Assembly (NCBI GenBank): GCA_018829985.1
Contig: JAHJSU010000333.1
Span: 1 to 56,857, forward strand
Length of the DNA stretch: 56,857 nt
Source of the DNA: Elusimicrobiota bacterium
GTDB lineage: Bacteria; Elusimicrobiota; Elusimicrobia; Elusimicrobiales; UBA9959
Direction of reading: 5' to 3'
The position numbers and the translations under genes are program-made. A model generated the notes under the pieces. The model did no database searches. It worked only from the letters and a program-made list of their open reading frames with translations, and was not told the DNA's origin. Each line of letters begins with the position of its first letter. The first letter of the stretch is position 1. This document shows, piece after piece, positions 36,786 to 45,617 of this stretch.

Positions 36786-37568
36786 ATGACTATTGCGGCC
36801 CGGGTTTTGCTGTCGGCGCTTCTGGTCTTTCCCGTTCCCCTGGCTCTAGCCGAGGAGTGTCTGCCGGTTTTTAAGCTGGATTCAATGCAGGTTTCCGATA
36901 TAACGGAGTTGCAGGGCGTTGCCGTTCCCGCTGTTCCCGCGCCGAAGAACACCGGCTATGATTTTGGAACCGGACGCGGTCACCGGCAAAGAGAGGAAGC
37001 CGCGCGGCCGGAGAATGCCGGCAGCGATCTCAACGGCGTCCTTCCGGAGAGATACCCGCTGTACAGTCCTTTCAAGGCCGGCCGCATACGGCTGACCAGC
37101 TTGATAAGATTAACGATCGACGCGGAAAAAGGGAAAGCGGAGATAGAGTTCCCGAGGGTTGAATTTGAGGACGCGCGGGCCGGCGACAGGGCCTCCACTT
37201 TCATCAGGGCCGCCCCGGAAATTTCCTCCCCGCTGCTGTCATGGGCCGCCGTAATATGTTCCGGCCGCCGCTACCTCGGTTATAAAGGCTCCGGCCTGAA
37301 ACTGCCGGAGAAATCCGGCGCCTATTCCATAAATGAAACCCTGGCCCTGGGTTCTCTGAAGGCCCTTGTGGGTAAAACCCATCCCTGGCTCGCCACGGCC
37401 CCGGCCGGGAAAGCCTCCCCGGAGCTGGACCATCTGTGCGCGGCGGATTTTCCTGAAAGAATGAAAGATTACAAAATTGAAACCCTGCCGGCCGGACTGG
37501 ACGGCTTCAATTTTAAATATGATCCGGAAAAAAACGCTCTTAAAATAACCTGGAAAGCCGCGCGGTAG
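36786..37568 (+). CDS. Hypothetical secreted protein
   Basis: Signal peptide MTIAARVLLSALLVFPVPLALA. No family recognised. Confidence 0.45.
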   Translation: MTIAARVLLSALLVFPVPLALAEECLPVFKLDSMQVSDITELQGVAVPAVPAPKNTGYDFGTGRGHRQREEAARPENAGSDLNGVLPERYPLYSPFKAGRIRLTSLIRLTIDAEKGKAEIEFPRVEFEDARAGDRASTFIRAAPEISSPLLSWAAVICSGRRYLGYKGSGLKLPEKSGAYSINETLALGSLKALVGKTHPWLATAPAGKASPELDHLCAADFPERMKDYKIETLPAGLDGFNFKYDPEKNALKITWKAAR

Positions 37569-37645
37569 TTCGAAAGGCTATAAGGATACGGGATAATGCA
37601 AAGAGGCTGATAAATATAGTATCATAGGAAAAATACCGCTAAAAT

Positions 37646-38335
37646 ATGCCCGTAAAAATTCTGCTGGTGGATGACGACAAGCTGGTGCTCAACTCGACCA
37701 GGAGGTATCTCCAGGACCACGGCTTTCAGGTCGTGCATACGGACAACGGCGCCGAAGCGGTCATACTTGCGGGAGAATCCAGGCCTGACCTCATCATCAC
37801 CGATGCGGAAATGAAAGGGCTGGACGGCTTTGCGCTGTGCAAGGTCATAAAAGAGACCCCTGAGTTCGCAAAAACGCCCGTCATAATAATCTCGGGGCGG
37901 AAAATAACCGAAGAAGACATGCTGACCGGCTACACTAAGGGGGCCGATGATTACATCTTAAAGCCGTTTTCATTCCCGGTCCTGCTCGCCAAGCTCAAGG
38001 CTGTCATGAAAAGATACGAGGCTTTTGAGGAGCAGACCGGCAAGATCTCAAAGCTCGGGATGGTGATAGACCCGTCAGGACGCACTGTCACGATAAACAA
38101 CGATGTTATTAAGCTCACCAGGAAGGAATTTGACCTGCTGACCGTGCTGATAACCGAAGAAGGCAGGCTTTTGAGTATACCGTATCTGCTGGAAACCGTC
38201 TGGGGGTATGACCCCGCCAGCTACAACGACCCGCATACCGTGGGGGTCCACATATCTTCCCTGCGGAAGAAACTCGGGGCCCCCCTAGCCGACCACATAG
38301 TCAGCGTGACGGGACACGGATATAAATTCGAATAA
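37646..38335 (+). CDS. OmpR/PhoB-family response regulator
   Basis: REC domain (ILLVDDD...DLIITDAEM) plus winged-helix (LTRKEFDLLTVL...GHGYKF). Confidence 0.9.
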   Translation: MPVKILLVDDDKLVLNSTRRYLQDHGFQVVHTDNGAEAVILAGESRPDLIITDAEMKGLDGFALCKVIKETPEFAKTPVIIISGRKITEEDMLTGYTKGADDYILKPFSFPVLLAKLKAVMKRYEAFEEQTGKISKLGMVIDPSGRTVTINNDVIKLTRKEFDLLTVLITEEGRLLSIPYLLETVWGYDPASYNDPHTVGVHISSLRKKLGAPLADHIVSVTGHGYKFE

Positions 38336-38515
38336 CTACAGAGAATAGAGGTTAGAGAATAGGGGTTAGGGAAGGAGTTCCTGCTGGAATCACTATCCTC
38401 TCGCCTCTAGCCCCTAGCCTCTGATCCCTTATCCATAATTTGATTAAAATTTGATGATTTTCTGGCTTTTCCTTTATCTCCCTCTGCTAGAATATAAACA
38501 GGAAAAGGAGGGGTT

Positions 38516-39427
38516 ATGACCAGAAAAGAATCAGCGGCGATAAAAATCTTTTTAACCGCCTCCTGCGCGTTCTTCTCGACCATCCAGCCATCCCCCGCGG
38601 CCGACATTTACAAAAAAATGGCGAACGATATCGCCAGGTATTCCGCCGCGAACAAAGTAAAGAACATCGCCGTGATAGCGTTTACGCGCAAAGCCATGAC
38701 CTCCCGCGAGGAGTGCGAGTATATCGCGGAGAAGCTGCTGATCTGCCTTGTGAAATCCGGTAAAGTGAACATGATGGAAAGGAGCCAGCTTTACAAGGTC
38801 ATGGAGGAACAGAAGCTGGCTTTATCGGGTGTGTCCGATACGGCGGCCGGCCCGAAGGCCGGGCAGCTCCACTCCACGGACGCGATCATAACCGGGACGG
38901 TCTTCGGCACGAAGGACCACCTGAAGATAATAGCCAAAATAATAGACTCGCAGACCGGGGCGGTCATGCATACAATAGAGGCCGAAACGGACAGGCAATG
39001 GGACATGCTCCCCGAAAGGCCGGAATTTGAGTTTAAGGTCCCGGATCCGGCGGCCCTGGCAGGAATGTTCGTCGACGAGGCGCAGGTTCCGTCTTTCAAC
39101 GATTTCAGGGACGCCCCGGCAAGCTTCGATAAGGTGGACTGCACCGTAAAGTGGTTCAGGGTCGCGGTCCTTCAGAACGGAGCGGTAGAGGCCAAGGCGA
39201 AATACTGGGCGCGGCAGCTGCGGGACCCGGACTTCTCCGGCAAAGCTCTCACGAGGAATCCGGGCGGGGAGATAAAGGATCCCCAGGTGAAGAAAAGGTT
39301 TTATAAACTGCTTGATAAATTCTACAAATCCAGCGAACTTCCAAAAATGTCCCTGGAAGAAATGAACAGCGTGAAAACCGTAATAAGCGAAGAGAAAAAA
39401 ATATCGGATGAATGCGGAATGATTTGA
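38516..39427 (+). CDS. Secreted protein with FlgO/CsgG-like N-terminal domain
   Basis: Signal peptide. NIAVIAFTR...ERSQLYKVMEEQKLALSG...TDAIITGTVF...IIAKIIDSQTG pattern is typical of the FlgO / LpoB-like fold (from memory). Confidence 0.5.
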   Translation: MTRKESAAIKIFLTASCAFFSTIQPSPAADIYKKMANDIARYSAANKVKNIAVIAFTRKAMTSREECEYIAEKLLICLVKSGKVNMMERSQLYKVMEEQKLALSGVSDTAAGPKAGQLHSTDAIITGTVFGTKDHLKIIAKIIDSQTGAVMHTIEAETDRQWDMLPERPEFEFKVPDPAALAGMFVDEAQVPSFNDFRDAPASFDKVDCTVKWFRVAVLQNGAVEAKAKYWARQLRDPDFSGKALTRNPGGEIKDPQVKKRFYKLLDKFYKSSELPKMSLEEMNSVKTVISEEKKISDECGMI

Positions 39428-39430
39428 AGG

Positions 39431-39525
39431 AGTAGGTAGTAGGTAGAATGTAGTAGGTAGGAAGGGAAAGAGCACAGATTCTTTTTTAATGAAACCCTGT
39501 CTGCTGCCTACTATCTACTGTCTAC
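39431..39525. repeat. Word-hairpin (GTAGGTA words)
   Basis: Phased GTAGGTA-GTAGGTA-GAATGTA-GTAGGTA vs CTGCCTACTATCTACTGTCTAC. The right arm reaches the stop codon of the response-regulator gene. Confidence 0.8.
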
Positions 39526-39887
39526 TTCGCCTTTAAAATCTTTTCCACCATCTCCCTGACCTCGTTTATCCCGAAGGGCTTTATAAGAAAGCCATCCACG
39601 GAGAGCATCGGAAGAATGGGGTTTGAAATATCGGATACGGAGCCGGTTATCACTATGACGCTGGTCAGAGGCCGGCGGACCTTGAGTCGCCTTATTACTT
39701 CTTCGCCCCGCAGGTCCGGCATTTTCAGGTCGCAGATCGCCAGGTCAAAATCTTCTTTCTCGATGATCGCCACGGCGGAAGCGCCGTCCACGGCCGTTAT
39801 AACGTCGTAGCCGCGGCTGAGCAGCGCCCGCGTGACGTAATTTCTGACAAGTTCTTCGTCGTCCACCACAAGTATTCTTTTGGACAT
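39522..39887 (-). CDS. Single-domain (CheY-like) response regulator
   Basis: 121 aa; ILVVDDE...DLAICDLKMPD...ITG...KPF. Confidence 0.88.
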   Translation of the reverse strand: MSKRILVVDDEELVRNYVTRALLSRGYDVITAVDGASAVAIIEKEDFDLAICDLKMPDLRGEEVIRRLKVRRPLTSVIVITGSVSDISNPILPMLSVDGFLIKPFGINEVREMVEKILKAK

Positions 39888-39902
39888 AAGGGCTAACCCG
39901 AA

Positions 39903-39993
39903 AGTAGGTAGTAGATGGTAGGTAGTAGGTAGGAAAAGCGTATTTCGTAAAAACCCTATCTACCACCTACTACATACTACCTACTACCCTACC
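39903..39993. repeat. Word-hairpin (GTAGGTA words), between the RR and HK genes
   Basis: AGTAGGTAGTAGATGGTAGGTAGTAGGTAGG vs CCCTATCTACCACCTACTACATACTACCTACTACCCTACC. The right arm overlaps the last codons of the kinase gene. A half copy lies at 23583-23640. Confidence 0.8.
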
Positions 39994-41543
39994 GGCAGAT
40001 ACAGCGTGAAAACGGACCCTTTCCCGGGCTCGCTATGGGCCAGGATCGCTCCGTTATGCCTGTTTATGATGCCGAGGCAGACCGATAAACCGAGGCCTGT
40101 GCCCTTACCGGCCGGCTTGGTGGTAAAAAACGGGTCGAATACCCGGTCCAGTATTTCCTGCGGGATCCCCGAACCCGTATCCGCCAGGGAGACAGCCAGC
40201 AGTTCCTTCTTGTCCGGGGCCGGAGAGGCCAAGTGCGTTCTTATCGTGATCGTCCCGCCGTCGGGCATGGCGTCGCGCGCGTTGGTGAATAGGTTTAAGA
40301 ACACCTGCATCAGCTGCTGGAAATCGGCGTTGACCGGCGGGAGTTCCGCGCCGAACTCCCTTACGATGGTTATATGTTTCAACTCCATCTGCCTGGCGCA
40401 CAGGACAAGGGTCTCCTCTATCGCTTCATTGATGTTTATAGGCTCCAGCCTGGTCTTTTCCTGCCTGGCGAACGATAAAAGGGACGCAATTATCTTTTTG
40501 CAGCGGAAGACCGCCTTTTCAATGTCTTTAAGGTCCTGATAGCTCTGGGTGTCCGCGTTCATTTTTTCCAACACCAGCTGGGTCAGGCCGAGAATGCCCG
40601 AAAGCGGGTTGTTTATCTCGTGCGCCAGCCCTCCTGCCAGCTGGCCCAGGGCGGACATCTTCTCCGCCTGGATCAACTGCGACTGGGTTTCCTGAAGCTG
40701 TTTGTATAAATTCGCGTTCCGTAAAGCCAGGTTGACGAGGGAGGCGAAGATCTTCGCCCTCTGCATGTCGTTTTCGTTAAAGTATTCGTCCAACTGCATG
40801 CGGTTGATGTTTATCAGCCCCAGCAGCTTATTACCCTCTATCAGCGGAAGCAGCATCGCGAATTTCACTTCGCCGATATGCTCGATATCCGCGAACAGCG
40901 CGTCTTTCAGAGGGTCTTCTATCAGCACGACGGAAGTGCCTTTGTCATCGGCGAGCCGGGCGAGTATCCGGCTCGAGGCCTGGAGCCGCGATATCTTCCG
41001 CGGCTCGCCGTTCAGCCCTTCCGAGACGGCGATGTAAGGCCGCCCGGCCGCATCCAGCAATACCAGCAGGGCCTCGTCGGCCTTCAGGATCCGCACGGCG
41101 GAATCGATGATTATCCGGAGCAATTCCTCCGATTTTATCGTTGAAAAAATGGCTTTTGTTATATCGTTGAATTTGCGCTTTTCCAGTGCCCTTTCAACCA
41201 CCGCGAACAGCTCGGTTATCTCAAAAGGCTTATGCAGGTAATCGAACGCGCCCCTTCTCATGCTCTGGATGGCCGTGCCCATTGTCCCGTGGCCCGTCAC
41301 CATTATCACTTCCACTTCAGGGTCGAGCTTCTTTATTTCGCCCAGGGCCGCGATCCCGTCCATGCCGGGCATCATTATGTCCAGTATCACAAGATCGAAC
41401 TTGTCGCCGCTCATTTTCCGCACGCCTTCCTCGCCGGTAAACGCGGCGGATACTTTGTACCCCTGATCCGAAAGCCCCGCCGAAATCATCTCGGATATCG
41501 GCTCTTCGTCGTCCACGACCAGTATGTTCGCTTTATGGTTCAT
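39984..41543 (-). CDS. Hybrid sensor histidine kinase (REC-GAF-like-HisKA-HATPase_c)
   Basis: N-terminal REC (ILVVDDEE...LVILDIMMPGMDG), H-box LAGGLAHEINNPL, and G-boxes DTGSGI / GTGLGLSV. Confidence 0.9.
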   Translation of the reverse strand: MNHKANILVVDDEEPISEMISAGLSDQGYKVSAAFTGEEGVRKMSGDKFDLVILDIMMPGMDGIAALGEIKKLDPEVEVIMVTGHGTMGTAIQSMRRGAFDYLHKPFEITELFAVVERALEKRKFNDITKAIFSTIKSEELLRIIIDSAVRILKADEALLVLLDAAGRPYIAVSEGLNGEPRKISRLQASSRILARLADDKGTSVVLIEDPLKDALFADIEHIGEVKFAMLLPLIEGNKLLGLININRMQLDEYFNENDMQRAKIFASLVNLALRNANLYKQLQETQSQLIQAEKMSALGQLAGGLAHEINNPLSGILGLTQLVLEKMNADTQSYQDLKDIEKAVFRCKKIIASLLSFARQEKTRLEPININEAIEETLVLCARQMELKHITIVREFGAELPPVNADFQQLMQVFLNLFTNARDAMPDGGTITIRTHLASPAPDKKELLAVSLADTGSGIPQEILDRVFDPFFTTKPAGKGTGLGLSVCLGIINRHNGAILAHSEPGKGSVFTLYLPVG

Positions 41544-41597
41544 AATGTGCCTTATTAAGTCTTACATGCCGCCGCAAGCGTCAATTAAAAAGCGCTT

Positions 41598-41686
41598 CGG
41601 AAGGGGTGGGATTCGAACCCACGGTACGGCGATAACCGTACACCGGTTTTCAAGACCGGCGCCTTAAACCACTCGGCCACCCTTCC
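41598..41686 (-). tRNA. tRNA-Ser (anticodon UGA), CCA not encoded
   Basis: The reverse complement folds as a cloverleaf: acceptor GGAAGGG/CCCTTCC, anticodon loop CT-TGA-AA, long variable arm GTACGG..CCGTAC, and T-arm GTGGG-TTCGAAT-CCCAC. Confidence 0.93.
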
Positions 41687-41693
41687 TCGTTTT

Positions 41694-41960
41694 TTACTTC
41701 TTACAATTCGCTAATATTTTAAAAACTTGTTTTCGTCCATCGCCGGATTTTAGAAAATTCTCGCGCTTCCTGGCCTCGGTGTAATCCGGCACTCTCTCGG
41801 CATAAACCATCTCCCACGGGCGGCCTGATTTTGTTGACCTTGTCCTCCCGGAGTTGTGGGCCGCCAAGCGTGTTTCAGCATTGTCGGCCCTGCTGGACCC
41901 GGTGTAAAATCTGGCGGCTTTCTTACTGTAAAGAATATAAACGCAGGGCATATTTGTCAC
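41694..41960 (-). CDS. GIY-YIG nuclease-domain protein (small, stand-alone)
   Basis: VYILYS...FYTGSS...RLAAHNSG...E..RKRENFLK pattern of the GIY-YIG/URI fold. Ends 7 nt upstream of tRNA-Ser on the same strand. Confidence 0.8.
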   Translation of the reverse strand: MTNMPCVYILYSKKAARFYTGSSRADNAETRLAAHNSGRTRSTKSGRPWEMVYAERVPDYTEARKRENFLKSGDGRKQVFKILANCKK

Positions 41961-42204
41961 CGGTTTTTCCGCCTAAGGCGGACCCGCTTGCCCGCCGGCC
42001 GTTTTCCGCCACACAGCTTCGGCGGACCCGCCGGTTGTTTTCCGCCACACTACTCGGCGGACCCGCCGGACTGTTTGGCGGGGGCGGGGGAGGGCCGGGC
42101 TGTTTGGCGGGCAAGACCGGCGCCTTTCCGCCGGAGGCGGATCCGCCATGTTGTTTTCCGCCACACTGCTCGGCGGACCCGCCGGACTGTTTGGCGGGGG
42201 CGGA
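41961..42204. repeat. Cluster of GC-rich REP-like palindromic units
   Basis: Iterated units of the form GTGGCGGAAAAC..CCGGCGGGTCCGCC and TCCGCC-TAA-GGCGGA. Its reverse complement is near-identical to 53371-53490 and to part of 33345-33450. Confidence 0.85.
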
Positions 42205-42225
42205 AAACCACTCGGCCACCCTTCC
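42205..42225. repeat. 21-bp exact duplicate of the tRNA-Ser 5' end
   Basis: AAACCACTCGGCCACCCTTCC is identical to 41666-41686. Confidence 0.9.
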
Positions 42226-42449
42226 ATTAAAAAGCTGCAAGTGCAGCTTGCAACCCCGTTAGAGAACAAACTCGGCAGCGGACAGCGCCATATGCCCGCG
42301 TCCGCCTTAGGCGGACGGTTTTCTCTAACGGGGTAACTGCTAAATTATATCAAATAAGAATTTAAAACCGGTCGCGCGGCCGGTCGGCCTAAACAATCCT
42401 TCCCCGTCCGCTCCCGGCTGACTGTGACATGCCGCCGCCCTGTTTTTGT

Positions 42450-42478
42450 TTGCCTTACAACACCGAAACCACTACAAT
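42450..42478 (+). promoter_or_regulatory. Candidate sigma-70 promoter for hsdR
   Basis: TTGCCT-N17-TACAAT, 30 nt upstream of the hsdR ATG. Confidence 0.4.
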
Positions 42479-42508
42479 ATTATTAGATTTGTCAGGGGAT
42501 TTTCTTAA

Positions 42509-44878
42509 ATGTCAAACGAAGCCGATACTTGCCGCAAATTTGTCCTTCCCAAGCTATACGCCGCCGGCTGGACCGACGACCACATAAGCGAGCAGAAATA
42601 TTTCACGGACGGCAGGGTTATAACCGTCGGCAACGCCTGTGTGACCAAAAAACAGAAACGCGCGGACTATCTTTTGCGCTATCGCCGCGACTTTCCCGTT
42701 GCCATTGTCGAAGCCAAGGCCGGCTATAAAACCGCCGGCGACGGGATGCAGCAGGCCAGGGAATACGCTGAAATTCTCGGGCTGATGTTTGCCTACGCCA
42801 CCAACGGCGCTGAAATACTGGAACACGACTACACTACCGGCGCAGAAACCCGGCTTGAGACCTTTCCGGCTCCGGAAGAACTCTGGCAAAGGTACAGAAA
42901 GGCCAAAGGCCTGTCCGCTGACAGTATGGCGGAAAAAGTCCTTGCGCCTTATTATTTCAATCCGGACAAGGAGCCGCGTTATTACCAGCGTATTGCCATA
43001 AACTCCGTTGTTCAGGCGATACTCAAAGGCCGGAGGCGCGTGCTTATTACCCTTGCCACCGGCACCGGCAAAACAGAAGTGGCTTTCCAGATCGCCTGGA
43101 AGCTTTGGACCTCCAAGTGGAATAAATCGGGGGAGGCGCGCAAACCCCGGATACTTTTCCTCTCTGACCGTAGCATATTGGTGGACGACCCCAAAGACAA
43201 GACATTCGCGCCTTTCGGCGAGGCCCGGCATAAAATTGACGGCGAGGCTGTTAAAAGCCGGGAAATGTACTTCGCCCTCTATCAATCACTGGCGCAGGAT
43301 GAACGCCGCCCCGGCCTTTACAAAGAATATGCCAAGGATTTTTTCGACCTCATAATTGTAGACGAATGTCACCGCGGCAGCGCCTCGGACGAGAGCAACT
43401 GGCGCGAAATCCTTGAATACTTTGAGCCCGCCTATCAATTGGGCATGACGGCCACCCCGCTGCGCGAGGACAACAAAGATACTTATAAGTATTTCGGCAA
43501 TCCCCTTTATACCTACAGTTTAAAGCAGGGTATAGAAGACGGCTTTCTTGCCCCGTATAAAGTTCACCGCATTGTGCCCGAGGTTGATGCCTCCGGCTGG
43601 CGGCCCGCCGTGGGCCAGGTTGACCGTTATAAACGCGAAATCCCGGATGGGGAATACGGTACCCCGGATTTCGGCAGGCTTCTGGCCTTGCGCCCCCGCA
43701 CTGAGGCCGTGGCCCGGCATCTTACGGATTTTCTAAAGCGCACAGACCGCTTCGGCAAAACCATAGTCTTTTGTGAAGACCAGGAAGAAGCCGAAGAAAT
43801 GCGCCTCCTCCTCAACAACCTGAATGCCGACCTTGTAAAGCAATATCCTGATTATGTTTGCCGCATTGTCTCGGATGAGGGAGCTTTGGGGCGCGGGCAC
43901 CTTGGCCGCTTTCAGGAGCTGGAAACCACCACCCCCGTTATTGTCACCACCAGCAAGCTGTTGACCACCGGCGTGGACGTGCAGATGTGCCGCAACATCG
44001 TCATATATAAAGTGGTTAATTCTATGACGGAATTTAAGCAGATAATAGGGCGCGGCACCCGCATTAAAAGGGATTATAAAAAGTTTTTCTTTAATATCCT
44101 GGATTATACCGGCAGCGCCGCCCGGCGTTTCGCCGACCCGGATTTTGACGGAGAGCCCGCCTTGCTTACGCTGGAGGAGATTGACGCAGCGGGGAAAGCA
44201 AAACCCGGCGCCGAAAAAATCTTAACTCCGGAACAAGAGGCCGACTATACTCAAACCCGCAATGAGTTTGAGCCTCCTGTTGAAGATTTGGGGCATGACG
44301 GCGCCCCCAGGAAGTATTATGTGGATGACGGCGACAAAATCCGCATAGTGGCGGATTATGAGCAAAGCCTGGATGAGTCCGGCAATAAGCTTAAGACCGT
44401 GCGTTATACGGATTACACCTCTGAAAAAGTCCGCTCCATGTTTACCTCTTCAGCCGAGCTCCTGTCAAAGTGGAAAGTTCCGGAGGAAAGGGAGGCCATA
44501 ATAACCGCCCTTGCCGAACGGGGAATAACTTTTGAGGATTTGGTTAAAGCCACCGGCCAGGATGACGCGGACCATTTTGATCTCTTGTGCCATGTGGCCT
44601 ACAACGCCCCTTTGCGCTCACGGCGCGAGCGGGCTGAGCGGGTAAGACTTGGTAAAAGCGACTTTTTTGAAAATTTTTCTCCGGATGCCAGGCAGATACT
44701 AAATGAAATTTTAGAGAAGTATGTTGAGTACGGTACCGAGCAGTTTAAAGTGCCGGATATCCTCAAGGTTGATCCTATTTCAAAACACGGCAATACCCTT
44801 GAAATTGCCGCCGTCTTTAATGGTCCGGAGAACCTCAAAGACGCATTAACCAAGCTGCAAACCTTCCTATATCCCTAA
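42509..44878 (+). CDS. hsdR: Type I restriction enzyme R subunit (short, COG4096-like form)
   Basis: N-terminal nuclease-like region (EADTCRKFVLPKL...VAIVEAK). SF2 motifs LATGTGKT, IVDECHRG and MTATP. Confidence 0.88.
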   Translation: MSNEADTCRKFVLPKLYAAGWTDDHISEQKYFTDGRVITVGNACVTKKQKRADYLLRYRRDFPVAIVEAKAGYKTAGDGMQQAREYAEILGLMFAYATNGAEILEHDYTTGAETRLETFPAPEELWQRYRKAKGLSADSMAEKVLAPYYFNPDKEPRYYQRIAINSVVQAILKGRRRVLITLATGTGKTEVAFQIAWKLWTSKWNKSGEARKPRILFLSDRSILVDDPKDKTFAPFGEARHKIDGEAVKSREMYFALYQSLAQDERRPGLYKEYAKDFFDLIIVDECHRGSASDESNWREILEYFEPAYQLGMTATPLREDNKDTYKYFGNPLYTYSLKQGIEDGFLAPYKVHRIVPEVDASGWRPAVGQVDRYKREIPDGEYGTPDFGRLLALRPRTEAVARHLTDFLKRTDRFGKTIVFCEDQEEAEEMRLLLNNLNADLVKQYPDYVCRIVSDEGALGRGHLGRFQELETTTPVIVTTSKLLTTGVDVQMCRNIVIYKVVNSMTEFKQIIGRGTRIKRDYKKFFFNILDYTGSAARRFADPDFDGEPALLTLEEIDAAGKAKPGAEKILTPEQEADYTQTRNEFEPPVEDLGHDGAPRKYYVDDGDKIRIVADYEQSLDESGNKLKTVRYTDYTSEKVRSMFTSSAELLSKWKVPEEREAIITALAERGITFEDLVKATGQDDADHFDLLCHVAYNAPLRSRRERAERVRLGKSDFFENFSPDARQILNEILEKYVEYGTEQFKVPDILKVDPISKHGNTLEIAAVFNGPENLKDALTKLQTFLYP

Positions 44879-44879
44879 A

Positions 44880-44904
44880 CAGCACAATTATTACAATTGT
44901 GCTG
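44880..44904. other. Perfect 10-bp stem hairpin between hsdR and the abiE promoter (terminator or operator)
   Basis: CAGCACAATT-ATTAC-AATTGTGCTG. No T-run follows it. It abuts the -35 box. Confidence 0.5.
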
Positions 44905-44909
44905 TGGGC

Positions 44910-44938
44910 TTGACAAATAGGCCGCCACAGCGTATAAT
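44910..44938 (+). promoter_or_regulatory. Consensus sigma-70 promoter for abiEi/abiEii
   Basis: TTGACA-N17-TATAAT, an exact consensus. It is followed by the inverted repeat TTACAtggagTGTAA (44941-44955) and ATG 44961. Confidence 0.65.
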
Positions 44939-44960
44939 AGTTACATGGAGTGTAACTATT

Positions 44961-45617
44961 ATGCGGGCAAACCCGGCTGAAAACGAACAAAAACTGTTCC
45001 TGATAGCCGATGGCCAGGGCGGCTATTTTACCGCTAAACAGGCCCGTTCGGCCGGCTACTACAACAGACTTCGGTATTATCATGCTGAAAAAGGCCATTG
45101 GCTTGCCGTAGACCGCGGGGTTTACCGGCTTAGAAACTACCCGGCCTCAGAAAGGGAAGACCTGATCCGCTGGTCGCTTTGGAGCTGCGACCGGAAAGGA
45201 AATCCCCAGGCTGTATTCTCTCATCATACCGCCCTTGCTTTTCATCAGCTTGGCGATATTATGCCCGCTAAAATTCATTTTACCGTCCCGCCTAAGTTCC
45301 GGAAAAAAATTTCAGGCGGCTGCGTTGTGCACCGCGCAGCCCTGCCGCCGGAAGATATTGAACGGCACGAAGGTTTTTTTGTGACAACCCCTTTCCGCAC
45401 GCTGTTTGACGCCCATATACACGGGTTTGAACCGGACCAGCTGCAAAAAGCCGTTGTTGACGCTTATAAAAAAGGGTTTATCCCGGATTTTAAGATAAAC
45501 AATCCAAAGACAGCCGAAGACCCGGGGGGTGTTGCCGGCGGCATGGGCGATTTTATGGCTTATGTTGCACAAATTATTTCCGGTTACAGGAACAGTCTTG
45601 CGCATGGAAGACCATAA
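44961..45617 (+). CDS. abiEi: AbiEi-family type IV TA antitoxin / transcriptional regulator
   Basis: N-terminal wHTH-like LIADGQGGYFTAKQARSAGY...LAVDRGVYRL. 14-nt overlap with the abiEii start. The start was chosen downstream of the consensus promoter. Confidence 0.7.
   Translation: MRANPAENEQKLFLIADGQGGYFTAKQARSAGYYNRLRYYHAEKGHWLAVDRGVYRLRNYPASEREDLIRWSLWSCDRKGNPQAVFSHHTALAFHQLGDIMPAKIHFTVPPKFRKKISGGCVVHRAALPPEDIERHEGFFVTTPFRTLFDAHIHGFEPDQLQKAVVDAYKKGFIPDFKINNPKTAEDPGGVAGGMGDFMAYVAQIISGYRNSLAHGRP

Noticed and set aside
41831-42336. Several overlapping 60-140-aa ORFs on both strands across the region between the GIY-YIG gene and hsdR
   Set aside because: They are translations of the GC-rich REP-unit cluster (repetitive PAGPPSSVAENN.. 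/ GGSA.. peptides). They lack start contexts and mutually overlap in multiple frames.
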